Source of the DNA: Heptranchias perlo
Taxonomy: Eukaryota
DNA: 64,000 nucleotides
Direction: 5' to 3'
Assembly: GCF_035084215.1 (NCBI RefSeq)
Contig: NC_090329.1
Span: forward strand, 70,060,001 to 70,124,000
The translations under genes and the position numbers were made by a program. The notes beneath the pieces are model-generated. The model made no database searches. It worked only from the letters and a program-made list of their open reading frames with translations, and was not told the origin of the DNA. This document shows, in pieces, positions 36,896-51,123 of the stretch. Within the stretch, counting starts at the first letter, position 1, and each line of letters starts with the position of its first letter.

Positions 36896-38812
36896 GATGT
36901 TCCAAACCGCTTTACAGCCAAGGAAGTACTTTTGAAGTGTAGTCACTGTTGTAATGTATGGAAACATGGCAGACAATTTGTGCACAGCAAAGTGCCACAA
37001 ACAGCTATGTGATAATGACCAGATGATCTTGTTTAGTGGCGTTGGTTGAGGGATAAATATTGGACAGGACACTGGGGCGAACTCCCCTATTCTTCTTTGA
37101 AATAGTGCCATGAGATATTTTACATCCACCTGAGAGTGCAGACAGGTTCAACGTCTCATCCGAAAAGCCAGAGTAGGAGCATCTCTCATGAACGTTTTCA
37201 CTGCTGCTATGTAGGCTTTATGGTCCAAATTCCAAGGGCTTAATTTCCCCTAATAGTATGCTACCTAATGTATTTGTAGAAAATTTCTTTGCGCATTATT
37301 TGAACACAGTTGTAAACTCATTTAATATAAGTGGGTTAAAATCAACATAAATATAGTACACAAAGGAATTTTACACAAACACATTAAGCAATGCACTACC
37401 AGAGGAAATTAAACCCCAATAAGCAGTCACAGCCAGCTTCAACTCTTTTGGAGAATGGTTACAGGCAACCATAACGGGAGGTTTTGGAATTTTCATATAC
37501 AGCGTGTTATATGCTCAGATAGATTAATGAGAATCTTGAGGTGATGCTCTCCAGCAGCAGAGTGTGTGAAGTAGCGTAGGAGCAGCTGGTCGGCATTCAT
37601 GTTAGTGAGTGTTCTGTGCTATCACCTAGCTCTGTACAAATGATAGCAAATGACTCTGAAAGCCTTCAGCCCACACCAACTCCAGCAAAGGGCACTGCAG
37701 GTATTGATGCAGGTCTGACAGGATTTGTTGTATTTACAGGTAGTGGGCCTTCTGTATCTTTTTTGGCTCACCAGTTTGGCAATGAACCCAGCCATCGGCA
37801 CTCCTCCCTCAACCAGGGGAGTATGTAGTTGCAGAAGAGCACAAGAACCAGCTTGCAGAAGTGAATATTCACAAAGGCATGCATTCATGCACAGTATACA
37901 TTAAGCATATACACTACATGCAATAAAAGCGAATAAAATTAATTCACTCTCATTATATATTACAAGCTGTCATTCTTTTATTGTGCAGAAAAAAAACATA
38001 TAGTTCTGTGAATGTAAACATATCTAATAGAATATAAAGGTGGACAATTTTACAGCTTCCTGGAAGAACTGGCCAAAGAGAGCCTCACACACCTGAATCT
38101 CTTGGTGGAGTGGCTGGTTTGTTATTACACACCAGAACTGCAATAATACCTGGCAGCAGCACCTCATCCAAGCTCATTTGAGGCCTCTATCAATGTGAAT
38201 ATTGTAAAGCCTTCAGTATGTGCTACTGTAATTTCGCTGACCTTCTTTGGGCATATTGTAAGCCACGTCCCCGAGGACCAGTCCAAGCATCTGAAGTATT
38301 ATATTAATACCCCAAATGTCTGGTCAGTGAGCGGCTGGTGTATCTGGGGTATGGGAAATGTACATATGTGTCATCAGCCATGGTTGCAGTGCATTGCTTA
38401 TATCCCTGAGGAGCTAGGTAACCTTCCTTTCTTCTTCTTGAAAGAGATGTAGCATGCCTCCGGTCGCCTTAAAACAAAAGCATCTTGCATACCTCACAGA
38501 AAGTATCAATTGACGTGCATTATTTTCTATCAGGTTGCATACTATTGGGGCATTGAAATAATAGCTCTTTCTATTAGGTATGCCCAAGGGTTGTGGTGCA
38601 CAGATGTGTGCAGTCAGTGTTGCCCTGGTCCATGGGGAAGCCAGGATTTTTTGTGACCCTGTTTCACCGCATCCTGAAATGTATACAGGCATGTGTGTGA
38701 TGAAACAGGGTACTGAACTCCTTAACAGAGTGAACAATGAAAAAGTGGCTGAATCCTATGATGTCCTCTGTGGATGCATAGAAGAACCTATAACTTAAAA
38801 GTTGAGTGCAGT

Positions 38813-41730
38813 TGTGATCTTCACTACCAGTGGTAGTTTTTTGTTTATTCGTTCATGGGATGGGGGCATTGCTGGCGAGGCCATCATTTATTGCCCATCC
38901 CTAATTGCCCTTGAGAAGGTGGTGGTGAAGGTTCTCCCACAGTGCTGTAAGGTAAGGAGTTCCAGGATTTTTACCCAGCGACGATGAAGGAACGGCGATA
39001 TATTTCCAAGTCGGGATGGTGTGTGACTTGGAGGGGAACGTGCGGGTGGTGTTGTTCCCATGTGCCTGCTGCCCTTGTCCTTCTTGGTGGTAGAGGTCGC
39101 GGGTTTGGGAGGTGCTGTCGAAGAAGCCTTGGCGAGTTGCTGCAGTGAATCCTGGGGATGGTACACACTGCAACCACGAAGCGCCAGTGGTGAAGGGAGT
39201 GAATGTTTAGGGTGATGGATGGAGTGCCAATCAAGCGGGCTGCTTTGTCCTGGATGGTGTTGAGCTTCTTGAGTGTTGTTGAAGCTGCACTCATCCAGGC
39301 AAGTGGAGAGTATTCCATCACACTCCTGACTTGTGCCTTGTAGATGGTGGAAAGGCTTTGGGGAGTCAGGAGGTGAGTCACTCGCCAGAGAATACCCAGA
39401 CTCTGACCTGCTCTCGTAGCCACAGTATTTATGTGGCTGGTCCAGTTAAGTTTCTGGTCAATGGTGACCCCCAGGATGTTGATGGTGGGGGAATTTGGCG
39501 CTGGTAATGCTGTTGAATGTCAAGGGGAGGTGGTTAGATGCTCTCTTGTTGGAGATGGTTATTGCCTGGCACTTGTCTGGCACGAATGTCACTTGCCACT
39601 TATGAGCCCAAGCCTGGATGTTGTCCAGGTCTTGCTGCATGCGAGCACGGACTGCTTCATTATCTGAGGGGTTGCGAATGGAACTGAACACTGTGCGATC
39701 ATCAGCGAACATTACCATTTCTGACCTTATGATGGAGGGAAGGTCAATGATGAAGCAGCTGAAGATGGTTGGGCCGAGGACACTGCCCTGAGGAACTCCT
39801 GCAGCACTGTCCTGGAGCTGAGATGATTGGCCTCCAACAACCACTACCATCTTCCTTTGTGCTAGGTATGACTCCAGCCGCTGGAGAGTTTTCCCCCTGA
39901 TTCCCATTGACTTCAATTTTACGAGGACTCCTTGGTGCCACACTCAGTCAAATGCTGCCTTGATGTCAAGGGCAGTCACTCTCACCTCACCTCTCGAATT
40001 CAGCTCTTTTGTCCATGTTTGGACCAAGGCTGTAATGCGATCTGGAGCTGAGTGGTCCTGGCGGAACCCAAACTGAGCATCGGTGAGCAGGTTATTGGTG
40101 AGTAAGTGCTGCTTGATAGCACTGTCGATGACACCTTCCATCACTTTGCTGTTGATTGAGAGTGGACTGATGGGGTGGTAATTGGCTGGATTGGATTTGT
40201 CCTGCTTTTTGTGGACAGGACATACCTGGGCAATTTTCCACATTGTCGGGTAGATGCCAGTGTTGTCGCTGTAGTGGAACAGTTTGGCTAGAGGCGCAGC
40301 TAGTTCTGGAGCACAAGTCTTCAGCACTTCAGCTGGGATGTTGTCGGGGCCCATAGCCTTTGCTGTATCCAGTACACTCAGACATTTCTTGAAATCACGT
40401 GGAGTGAATCGAATTGGTTGAAGACTGGCTTCTGTGATGGTGGGAGGAGGCCGAGATGGATCATCCACTCAGCACTTCTGGCTGAAGATGGTTGCAAATG
40501 CTTCAGCCTTCTCTTTTGCACTCACGTGCTGGACTCTGCCATCATTGAGAATGGGATGTTTACAGAGCCTCCTCCTCTCGTTAGTTGTTTAATTGTCCAC
40601 CACCATTCACGACTGGATGTGGCAGGACTGCTGAGCTTTGGTCTGATCCGTTGGTTGTGGAATCGCTTGGCTTTGTCTATTGCATGTTGCTTCCGCTGTT
40701 TAGCATGCATGTAGTCCTGAGTTTTAGCTTCACTAGGTTGGCACCTTATTTTTAAGTATGCCTGGTGCTGCTCCTGGCATGCTCTTCTACACTCCTTATT
40801 GAACCAGGGTTGATCCCCTGGATTCTTGGTAATGGTAGAGTGAGGAATATGCCGAGCCATGAGGTTACAGATTGTGCTGGAATCCAATTCTGCTGCTGCT
40901 GATGGCCCACAGCGCCTCATGGATGCCCAGTTTTGAGCTGCTAGATCTGTTCTGAATCTATCCCGTTTAGCATGGTGGTAGTGCCACACAACACGTTGGA
41001 TGGTGTCCTCAGTGTGAAGTCGGGACTTCGTCTCCATGAGGACTGTGTGGTGGTCACTCCTACCAATACTGTCATGGACAGATGCATCTGCGACAGGTAG
41101 ATTGGTGAGGACGAGGTCAAGTAGGTTTTTCCCTCGTGTTGGTTCGCTCACCACCTGCCGTAGGCCCAGTCTGGCAGCTATGTCCTTCAGGACTCGGCCA
41201 GCTTGGTCAGTAGTGGTGCTACCGAGCCTCTCTTGGTGATGGACATTGAAGTCCCCCACCCAGAGTACATTCTGTGCCCTTGCTACCCTCAGTGCTTCCT
41301 CCAAGAGGTGCTCAACATGGAGGAGGACTGATTCATTAGCTGAGGGTGGACGGTAGGTGGTAATCAGCATGAGGTTTCCTTGCCCATGTTTGACCTGATT
41401 CCTTGAGATTTCATGGGGTCCGGAGTCAATGTGGAGGACTCCCAGGGCCATTCCCTCCTGACTGTATATCACTGTACCGCCACCTCTGGTCGGTCTGTCC
41501 TGCTGGGGGATAGTTTTTTAATTGTATCATGTGATTTATATCAATTCGTGTTAATTGTATTCAAGTGGTGTGTGTCAATTGGGGACTCTCTTGTATTCTT
41601 TTTATATGAGAGATATCTAGGGTGCGGTGTGTATGTGTAAGGGGAATCTCTGTGAATAAAGGCTTGGAAGCAACTGAAGACCAGGCTCGAGTATTCTATC
41701 CTTCACCACTTGGCCATTCAATTGATAACA
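38813..41730 (+). mobile_element. Probable solo LTR (about 250 bp) split by LINE-B
   Basis: TGTG at 38813 ... ATAACA at 41730; AATAAA at 41655; flanks CAGT/TGGT. Confidence 0.5.
38843..41510 (-). mobile_element. LINE-B, 2.7 kb with APE endonuclease and RT remnants
   Basis: TYRPPS, VGDFNVHH, LDLVLTN, SDHHTV (APE), then RT; TSD TAGTTTTTT at 38834-38842 and 41511-41519. Confidence 0.96.
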
Positions 41731-41867
41731 TGGTTGACTGTCTGCAGATTTTTTGTCCACTTGGCATACTTCAGTCATAGCCATTCTGCTCAGGCACAGT
41801 TCCTTTCCCATGCAGAATAGTTAACTCTGTTAGGCCGGCTGCCTTAGACAGCTCCTGATGTGAGTTA

Positions 41868-43200
41868 AAGAAAGAACTTAGAATTTAATAGCACCTTTCA
41901 CATCCTCAGGACGTCCCAAAGCATTTCACAACCAAACAGCAAAGAGATAAATGACCAGATAATCTGTTTTACTGATGTCAGTTGAGAGACAAATGTTGGG
42001 TGGGACACCAGGAGAACTTTTCTGTTCTTCAAATAGTGCCATGGGATCTTTTATGTCTTTTATTAGAGGCCAATCATCTCAGCCCCAGGACATTGCTGCA
42101 GGAGTTCCTCAGGGCAGTGTCCTAGGCTCAACCATCTTCAGCTGCTTCATCAATGACCTTCCCTCCATCATAAGGTCAGAAATGGGGATGTTCGCTGATG
42201 ACCACACAGTGTTCAGTTCCATTCGCAACCCCTCAAATAATGAAGCAGTCCGAGCCCGCATGCAGCAAGACCTGGACAACATCCAGGCTTGGGCTGATAA
42301 GTGGCAAGTAACATTCGCGCCAGACAAACGGCAGGCAATGACCATCTCCAACAAGAGAAAATCTAACCACCTCCCCTTGACATTCTATGGCATTACCATC
42401 GCCAAATCCCCCACCATCAACATCCTGGGGGTCACCATTGACCAGAAACTTAACTGGACCAGCCATATAAATACTCTGGCTACGAGAGCAGGTCAGAGGC
42501 TGGGTATTCTGCTGCGAGTGACTCACCTCCTGACTCCCCAAAGCCTTTCCACCATCTACGAGGCACAAGTCAGGAGTGTGATGGAATACTCTCCACTTGC
42601 TTGGATGAGTGCAGCTCCAACAACACTCAAGAAGCTCGACACCATCCAAGATAATGTAGCCCGCTTGATTGGCACCCCATCCACCACCCTCAACATTCAC
42701 TCCCTTCACCACCGGCGCACAGTGGCTGCAGTGTATACCATCCACAGGATGCACTGCAGCAACTCGCCAAAGCTTCTTTGACAGCACCTCCCAAACCCGT
42801 GACCTCTACCACCTAGAAGGACAAGAGCAGCAAGCACAAGGGAACAACACCACCTGCACGTTCCCCTCCAAGTCACACACCATCCCGACTTGGAAATATA
42901 TCGCCGTTCCTTCATCATCGCTGGGTCAAAATCCTGGAACTCCCTTCCTAACAGCACTGTGGGAGAACCGTCACCACACGGACTGCAGCAGTTCAAGAAG
43001 GCGGCTCACCACCACCTTCTCAAGGGCAATTAGGGATGAGCAATAAATGCTGGCCTTGCCAGCGACGCCCACATCCCATGAACGAATAAAAAAAATGTCT
43101 ACCCAAGAGGGAAGATGGGCTGTCAGTTTAACATCTCATGAAAAATATGGCACCTCTAACAATAAAGCACTCCCTCAATACTGCATTGAATTGTCAGCTT
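41868..43200 (-). mobile_element. DeuSINE-like copy split by LINE-B
   Basis: 41868-42058 and 43095-43200; ATGTCT on both sides of the insert. Confidence 0.75.
42066..43095 (+). mobile_element. LINE-B 3' 1 kb
   Basis: GVPQGS, MFADD, HHHLLKGN*, poly(A). Confidence 0.95.
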
Positions 43201-46200
43201 TGTATATTACCTTTCCCCTAACCACTCCTATTCCTCCACTAAGAGAAATCCAGCAATTGCTGCTAAATTGCATGCTGCACTGCTGCTGTAGGACAGAAAA
43301 CTCCTCTGTACTACACTGTGATTGCTATGGCAATAATTCAAAAGCTTTCGTTGTCTAATAACAGGTAAGATCTGACATTAGTATGCACTTGCCAAAGAGC
43401 CTCCAATGCTGTGTAATTGTGCACCTTTCCCATGATTGGCCTGAGCAAGCACAACATGACTTTTTTATACTTTTGCACTGACGTTGTTTAATCCATTTTT
43501 CTCAGTTGGGAATTCTTAGAGAAACTCTAAACATTTGCTTTCTTCACAAATTCTGTTATTTTTTATCTGTCTCATTTTTTGCTAAAGTTAATGAAGACAA
43601 GAATGTTGGCCCCTGGTTCTAAACACTACCTTACTATTCAGAGGGTTCTAAGGTACAGATGCTCTGCTGCTGATACAGTATGGTTTAAATAGGTATAAAA
43701 AGTGATTCCTTGAGTTTTCCAATGCATAATGTTTTGCTTGGGATTTTTCATGGCCTTGCACCATCATCTTTTTCAGGAACACAAATTTAACAAACATCAA
43801 TGTTAGCATCCTGCCATGTTTGTGACCCCAGCCCTTGCTGACTTGACAGTATGAAAGAAACATTTTTGAAGTGCTAGGTCTCAACTTCCTTTTTGCATGG
43901 TTTGCCAAGACACAGAAAACCAAAACTCACCATGTAATGGATAACTTTAGGAACCTTGGAAGTGTTCAACACAGCAAAGGATTAAGGGGCACCCTGCATG
44001 ATTACAGTTTAGAATATAATGACAAGGGAAAGAGAAAGAGAATTAGTACATTGACCCCCCCCCCCCCCCATAAGAAGTACTCCACTAAGAGCTGTTCCGG
44101 TCTAGTGGCTATTCAGATAATTAGATTCAATGCTTAAAACAAAATGTTCCAGACCAAAATTAATAAAGCATATTCCTGACAAAAATAATAAGAGGTAAAC
44201 AGCAGAACCCTGAGGACATGCTGAGTTTAAATTGTATGCAGTTCACTTTTGGTGAGTTCAAGCTTTGACCCCTCAGCGTATGTGAAATATAAACACTACA
44301 GCTCAAAGGATACAGTAATTAGTTTTGAGTTAATTTTAAAAGGCTGCAGCCTGCTGGATAATCATGAGAGAAAGGTCATTAACTACACTGGTGTCCATTA
44401 CCTATGCTTGCAGCTGCGATACTGCACAGCGCTACCAGCATACCCCAGCTCCAGCCTGCAAGCACTCTGACCTAGTCATAATTTGACTGGACCAGGGTCT
44501 CGCCTGGGAATTCAGATGTTTTTCTTTTATACTGAAGGGAAATTTAAGACAAGAACTGCACCACAGAAAGGTTAAATTACAGACATAAAACACCCTTTAG
44601 TATTTTTACAATTCATTGCCAATTACACCATAAAAAAGTTAAACACTGGGCATTGCAGCTGCAAGATTTATTAACTTTCTTTTGCACCTTTGGGAAATAA
44701 CTCAGCTGAACTCTGCCAGTGGCTGTTTTTATTTAATTCATAATATTTCAAACCTGCACAATGAAATTGTAATTTCTTACTATTATGATTTTATAGGCTG
44801 CTGCATTATATTACACCCTTCTTTGATTGAATGGGATCTAACTTAATGTATGACTTCTGAGGTTTGAGAGCTCTTGGCTGGTTTCCCTGCCTCTCCCAGC
44901 AGTATTTGACACAGTACTAGGAATATAAGCCAGGGACCCATTTGTCAAATCTTATTGTGGCAGCAAGTAATCTACAATCTTTATCAAAAAGTATTAAATT
45001 ACTAAGCAGCAACTTGGCTATGACCAGGCAAGTCCCTGTTCCTTTAGTTTCTATGGTAAGTTAGAACATGGTCTGTGCAGTAACAAATGGCATCGTTAGT
45101 TGAGCTAACCATGTTTACATCAAGCTTTTTGATTATAGATTAGTTCTAAATTTGGGAACTCACTCAATTAAAACTGCTTTACATAAAGTAGATTTAATAC
45201 ACACACCTTCATTTTTGTTAATCATTAAAGTGATTCCTGTCAAAAGTCTACACTTGCAATGAGACTGTGTGTTGGCTGTTTTATGAGTGTGTATACACTG
45301 GGTGTTACCAGTGTCTCTACATGCACTAGACTTGAAATCATTTCAACTGGTGTTGGTTCAAAATCTCAAAGGTCTCAAATGAATCACATAAATTATGTTG
45401 AAATTGCTCTGAACTAGATTTACTGCAGATTAGTAACATTAGAATTCCAGGAAAAAAAACTACAGCTTCCTATGTCAACTCATCTTATACAGAGCATTTT
45501 AAAAGCAATCAGGCTCCAAAAGGAGGATTCAGTGAATGGGTTTTACATTTTTAAGATTTATATTCTACACTACTGCCAAATGGATTCACTCGCTTAGGCT
45601 GAGCTTCAGACATGTCTGAAGTTTACTTCTGCAAAAGTTTTTCAATTCATTATCATCCATGTTTAGAGTGCATTGGCTTTAGCAAAATTGGCTTTTCAAG
45701 CAATATCCCATAAACGATAACAATCATCACTGTGGATTGTGCTTGCGTAATGTGAATGGGAATTTATGAAATAAAGTTGGCTTACCTACAGGACTGTACT
45801 ATTACACTTCTGAAAATCCTGTCCCATTGTAACTTCATTGTCTTTATGTTTCCACATAGAGCATCCTAGCATCCATCCATCACTAATCCTGCCCACTCAT
45901 TAAGATCTTATCCTCACATATAACATACACAGACTAGTTGTTAAGTGAAATTAAATGTTAGAACAGAAGTTCTTTACTTTTCACCCAATTCTTATTAATT
46001 GCCTTTGATTCCACATGTTAATAGGAACTATGAGACTATAACGACGTCCCTCACAGCAGACAGTACATGAATGTCAAGAAACATAGGCTCCAAAATTCCT
46101 CGAGGGTTCCAGTGGTCTTCTACCATAACTCTGGCGGGAGACCAGCGGAACCCTCAGGAAACCGGTGGAGAATCCAGTTGTGCTGGGTCTCAGCCATTTT

Positions 46201-46206
46201 TGGAGT

Positions 46207-46692
46207 TTAGAGTCATAGAGTTATAGAGTCATAGAGTTATACAGCACGGATAGAGGCCCTTCGGCCCATCGTGTCCGCGCCGGCCATCAGCCCTGTCTAC
46301 TCTAATCCCATATTCCAGCATTTGGTCCGTAGCCTTGTATGCTATGGCATTTCAAGTGCTCATCCAAATGCTTCTTGAATGTTGTGAGGGTTCCTGCCTC
46401 CACAACCCTTTCAGGCAGTGAGTTCCAGACTCCAACCACCCTCTGGGTGAAAAAGTTCTTTCTCAAATCCCCTCTAAACCTCCCGCCTTTTACCTTGAAT
46501 CTATGTCCCCTTGTTATAGAACCCCCAACGAAGGGAAAAAGCTCCTTAGTATCCATCCTATCTGTGCCCCTCATAATTTTGTACACCTCAATCATGTCCC
46601 CCCTCAGCCTCCTCTGCTCCAAGGAAAACAAACCCAATCTTCCCAGTCTCTCTTCATCGCTGAAGCGCTCCAGCCCTGGTAACATCCTGGTT
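46207..46692 (-). mobile_element. CR1 3' fragment (different subfamily tail)
   Basis: RMLPGLERFSDEERLGRLGLFSLEQRRLRGD...; tail (AGAGTCAT/AGAGTTAT)n. Confidence 0.92.
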
Positions 46693-48479
46693 TCCTCAAT
46701 GCCTTGTAAAAGGTGGAACCTCCATCTGCCCCTTACAAGGCAAATGATGGCCTGTAGATGCAGCCAGCATTGGGGGTTCACCAAGCTGGGAATTCCTGCT
46801 CCTGAACCTCAGCGAGGATCTGTTATTTGTGTGGTGGCTAGTACTCTGAGTGAGTAGAGGTGCATCAGCCTCCAAAAGGGAGTGTGTGGGCTTCATTCTT
46901 GGGGCCCAGGACAAGCAAATGGTCTTGACCCATAAAGGGGTAAAAAGGTTTTTTGTTTAAAATTTCCTTTGCTCAGTGGGCTGAGGATATCATGGCCTGG
47001 GCAACCCTCCTCTCCTATAGACAGGGACCAGAGTTTCCAGCAGGCATGGACCAGCGGGCACCAGAGGCAGAGCTGAAGTGCGCAAGCCTGATCCATGCAA
47101 ATAGTGTGCCCTCCCACTGACACCACAAACTCCAGCAGATAAAACACTGGAGGCCCCCATAGGTCGTAACCTCCAGGATCGCAACCCAAAGAATTGCAGG
47201 ACCTAAGGTTTTCAGTAGTTCACTCTGTAGTAATAAGAAACAAAATAAGAATTTTAATAGGATCCTGATAGAGTCAGGAAAACTAGAGACTTTGAATAGA
47301 CTTTCCTGCACTAGTGAAATTTACACAGGCAGGCATTGCTAGGTCTCTGCAATAATCTGAGCAGAAGAATTCAAGTCTATCATCAAATCTATAATAAAAA
47401 TGAATTATTTATGGTGTTGTACAAGCAATCAATAGTGCAGAATGTTTCTAATTGGGAGGCCTAAATTACTCTGAAGTCCTTTTTCAATTGATGGAAATTT
47501 TGCAATGATTTTACAAAGAAAGTATAAGTTAGTGTTGGAGGAAACAGATGTGTAGGCATATGTATTCCTCAAGCCTTGCAATGTGCAATTATTGAACTGC
47601 TGCATCTATTATATGGATTTAGCTCTGAATGTAAAGAATGTATGAATTGAACTGTCCTGAATCAATCCAATTCTGATTATGAACAGGAAAGACTGAGGTC
47701 ACTGATTGAGGAACACAATAGGAGTCTTACATTAGTACTTTACTACAAAATACTGATTGTTATAGTATGTATTTGATCCAGAAAATCCAGATTTTCCTCT
47801 CATCCCCTGAATTTATACATTTGGCTCAGACTTCCTTTGTTTGTATTGAAGACCTTAACTACTTTTACAAGTTAAGAACGCCCTCCTTTTGCCACCTTGG
47901 AAAGCTTCCATTTTCTGATTTCAGTACAAGATGTGGATTAATATGATTTTGATCAAAGTGAGCACAGGCAACCATGTTTTAATGCAAATAACTTAACCTC
48001 AGGTGTAATTCCATTGAATTAAAACTTTACAGACTCTGATAGTACACTACTAGCACACTTGGGCAATTCTGCATTCTGCAGCTAAATGTACTTCAGCAGG
48101 CATGCTTTAGGATTCACTTAAACCAAAGTCACAGTTAAATAAAAATAAAACAAAATAGAGGGTAATTTAGAAAGTTGATCTTTCTCCACTGCCATTTTCT
48201 CCCTTTTAATTGGAAATTACAGATCTGAGCCCAAAACTGAGCAGTAACGAGTAGAATGTCCGATTTTAATTCTGACACCCAAATAGTTGTCGGGAGCAAG
48301 ATCTGATGAAAAGCTTCAGACATATAAATAGTAATCCACTATCAGCATTAAAGGTTCTTATATATATATATACCCATTTCTTTATAATACTTTATGCTTG
48401 GCAATGCCAACCCAGCTTGCATCAGTATTTCTGTATCAAAATAACATAAAACCAGGTAATATTTTTAATTGAGAATTCA

Positions 48480-49500
48480 AGGTGAAGGATCAAGGCTCTT
48501 AGTGAAGGCAACACCAGGGCTGAAGAGACTAAGAGAGGTAAATCAGAAAGTAGTCATTAAGTGACACTAAACTTGTGTTTTAAAAGCCTATAGGTTGTAG
48601 GAGGAAGGGAAGACTGAGGGAGGTAAAGAGTTCTATTATTTTGAGGGCCTGGGAAACAATAAGTTAAGAATAGGAAATGTTAATGCACTGAAGATCTGCA
48701 AGGAGGAAGGAAAGCATTTAGGACCATTTAGGGAGGCAAGTTCAAAGGAGTGGGGCTATAATAGAATTGGTACAATGGGGAGAGACAAAAAAAGACTGCA
48801 ATGGGGAAAAAGCAGTTGGAGAGAAGATATGAGACAGCCAAGAAGTTGTTTCTTGTGTTCTGCCCTGGGGTATGAGAGAGGCGTATAGATGCTCCCCAGA
48901 TATGGGAGCAATATTCTACTCTTGGATGAATTTGGTCATTATTGAGAGTTAAAGGTTATTGAACAAAAGGTGTTTGGCACAAAAGTGGAAACAGAGCTTT
49001 TGCGAGCCACCTTATCAATAGAGAAGTTGTAGGAAGTCCAATTGAGGTCAGAGGAGAAAGCAAGGCCAAGAATGTCAATAGATGAAGATGGTCTAAGGGT
49101 GGAGCCATTCAATGTAGGATCCAAATATAAGAAGTGGAAGCTGTTGGTTAGACTTGCAAGAGGAGAAACATGAAGAAACTGTCTTCAAAGAATTGAAAGC
49201 ATTAAGATTTTCAGTTCCATGTCCAACAGCATGGAGGAGAGCAAAACGTAATGAATGAACCAGTGCAATCCAAGAGAACTGGAGGCTGTGTGCACTGAGG
49301 GCATATAATTTGAAGAAAGTTGATGACTGTAGAGTGTAGCCAACAGTAAAAAATTAGATAGGGGCAGATGCTGAATGAAGGTAATCATTGATTTGAAGAA
49401 GAACTATGTTGAGAGAGGATAAAGCCATGTGTTAATGGAAAAAAATGCCAGATTTAATCTTTGTCTCATTTTAAAGTGTCACTGCCATGTTCGCAGGGAA
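48480..49500 (-). mobile_element. Old, decayed LINE RT fragment (third family)
   Basis: ILGLAFSSDLNWTSY (48939-49124 ORF) and QIHPRVEYCSHIWG around 48893-48935. Confidence 0.7.
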
Positions 49501-50506
49501 GGACACAACTGATCCACCTGCCTGTCACTTTCATCATGAGAATATCAGATATATGTAATGCAGTGCAATTTTTTCCAAGTAATGATGCATTTTGGTTTGA
49601 TTTGCATCATTCTGTCAGAGTATTTGGCAAACAAAGAAAAAAGATTTACTAAATAGTTTTTTTTGAAAGATAGTACTTTGTTAAAGCATCACTGTGCTCA
49701 TGAAAAATATTTGACAAACCTGTTCTTATTTGTTTCTAAAAATGTGGTGCAATGATGTAAGTCACATTGAAATGTATCACTGCATCACTTGCCATGAGCT
49801 CATCGTGACAGAAATGACACATATTCCTTCTGGTACTTCTTCTCCAAATGAAATAAAAGTTTGCCAAACACCTTTTCACGAAGACAGTAGGCGTGAAGCC
49901 GATGGTGTGTCCACAGTGGGAGGCCCAGCCACTTTCAGCTTCGGACTCCCATCAGCCAGCGAGCTACCCAGTGCTCAATCAATGCTAGTGGGCATCTTAA
50001 CAACTGGGGGGCTGAAAATCTGGCAACTGCATGATTGAGCTGAGCTGGAAACCATCAGTAAAAAGGGGGAGTGGGCCCTAACCAGCAGCAAACTGCAGAA
50101 ATTTTGTGGGGCCAGATCCTGCTCATCTTGGCCTGGCAAAATTTCCCGCAGAAAAATGATCCAGGTTGTTTTTGGAGCGGATTCCAGCAGTCGATTAAGG
50201 ACCGCTAGTTAGGCTGCTCACCATCTTGTACGAATGGGCAGAGCGTGCGCCGCTCATCTGTACATGAAAATTGTAAACAGAGTCCTATAACTGGCATAGA
50301 AGCCCGATTTGCGTAAGCAAGCAGCCTCCTGCCTGTTTCGGGCGGGAGACCTGGGCACCCATTTACAGGCTCATCTGAAAAATCGCATCAGGTGGGACTT
50401 GGGTGTCCAAGGGATAGCGGTCACTTTCCCTGCCATTTTCAACTGCCGGTCACCTCGAAAGCAAGGCAGTTGAAAATTGCTTGCAGTGATCCTTTAAAGA
50501 GGCATT

Positions 50507-51123
50507 AGGCTAGAAAGTGGTTGATGCCGCGTCCGTTTCACAGGTGTAAAACGGATGCCTAAGCATCCAATATGGTGGCAGTGTGTGCACTGGAAGTGTG
50601 CCGCCCACCATATTGATAAATGCAGAAAAAAGAGGCGTCAAGGGCCCTCATGGGAAACAGGCGTTGGTCCCTTTGCATATGCAAATAGGGGGCCTCGTGC
50701 CTGTTTCAGGTCCCTTTCCTGAAATTGGGCTGCCCTGAATACTGCCGCGCTGGGCCCGCTGCATTCAATATAACCAAGTCCACATGGTCCTTAAAGGGAC
50801 CACTGGAGGTTGTCACGAAAAAGGTACGTTTAAAAAGACATTCTTACCTGAATGTGGAGCTGGGGGGAAGAGGAGTGCTCCTCCCGGCTGCACAGCAATG
50901 TTGAAGGCCACTGCTTGCCCCCGCCCTATCATCTCCACCCCCTCCCAGGATCTGAAGATGCTGCCAATGACGCAGAGGCCAGAAATTCAAATTCAATTCA
51001 CCGGCAAGCTGCAGACGCCAGCTGGTCTCATGTAATTGAGGCCCGAGGCCCAATATCGGGTGTGCCTTGGGCCTACCCGTTCTGCACAAGGATTGCCTGC
51101 TGGCACAGACCAGTTTCTAGGCC
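50507..51123. mobile_element. MITE with 3-bp TSD (Harbinger-like)
   Basis: ATT-AGGCTAGAAAGTGGT ... ACCAGTTTCTAGGCC-ATT. Confidence 0.75.

Larger units (their letters stand above)
35260..37170 (-). mobile_element. DeuSINE-like copy split by nested LINEs
   Basis: Tail at 35260-35293 and body at 36895-37170. Confidence 0.8.

Noticed and set aside
41975-42781. 268-aa ORF as a functional RT gene
   Set aside because: SINE-derived start fused to a truncated LINE lacking the N-terminal RT motifs
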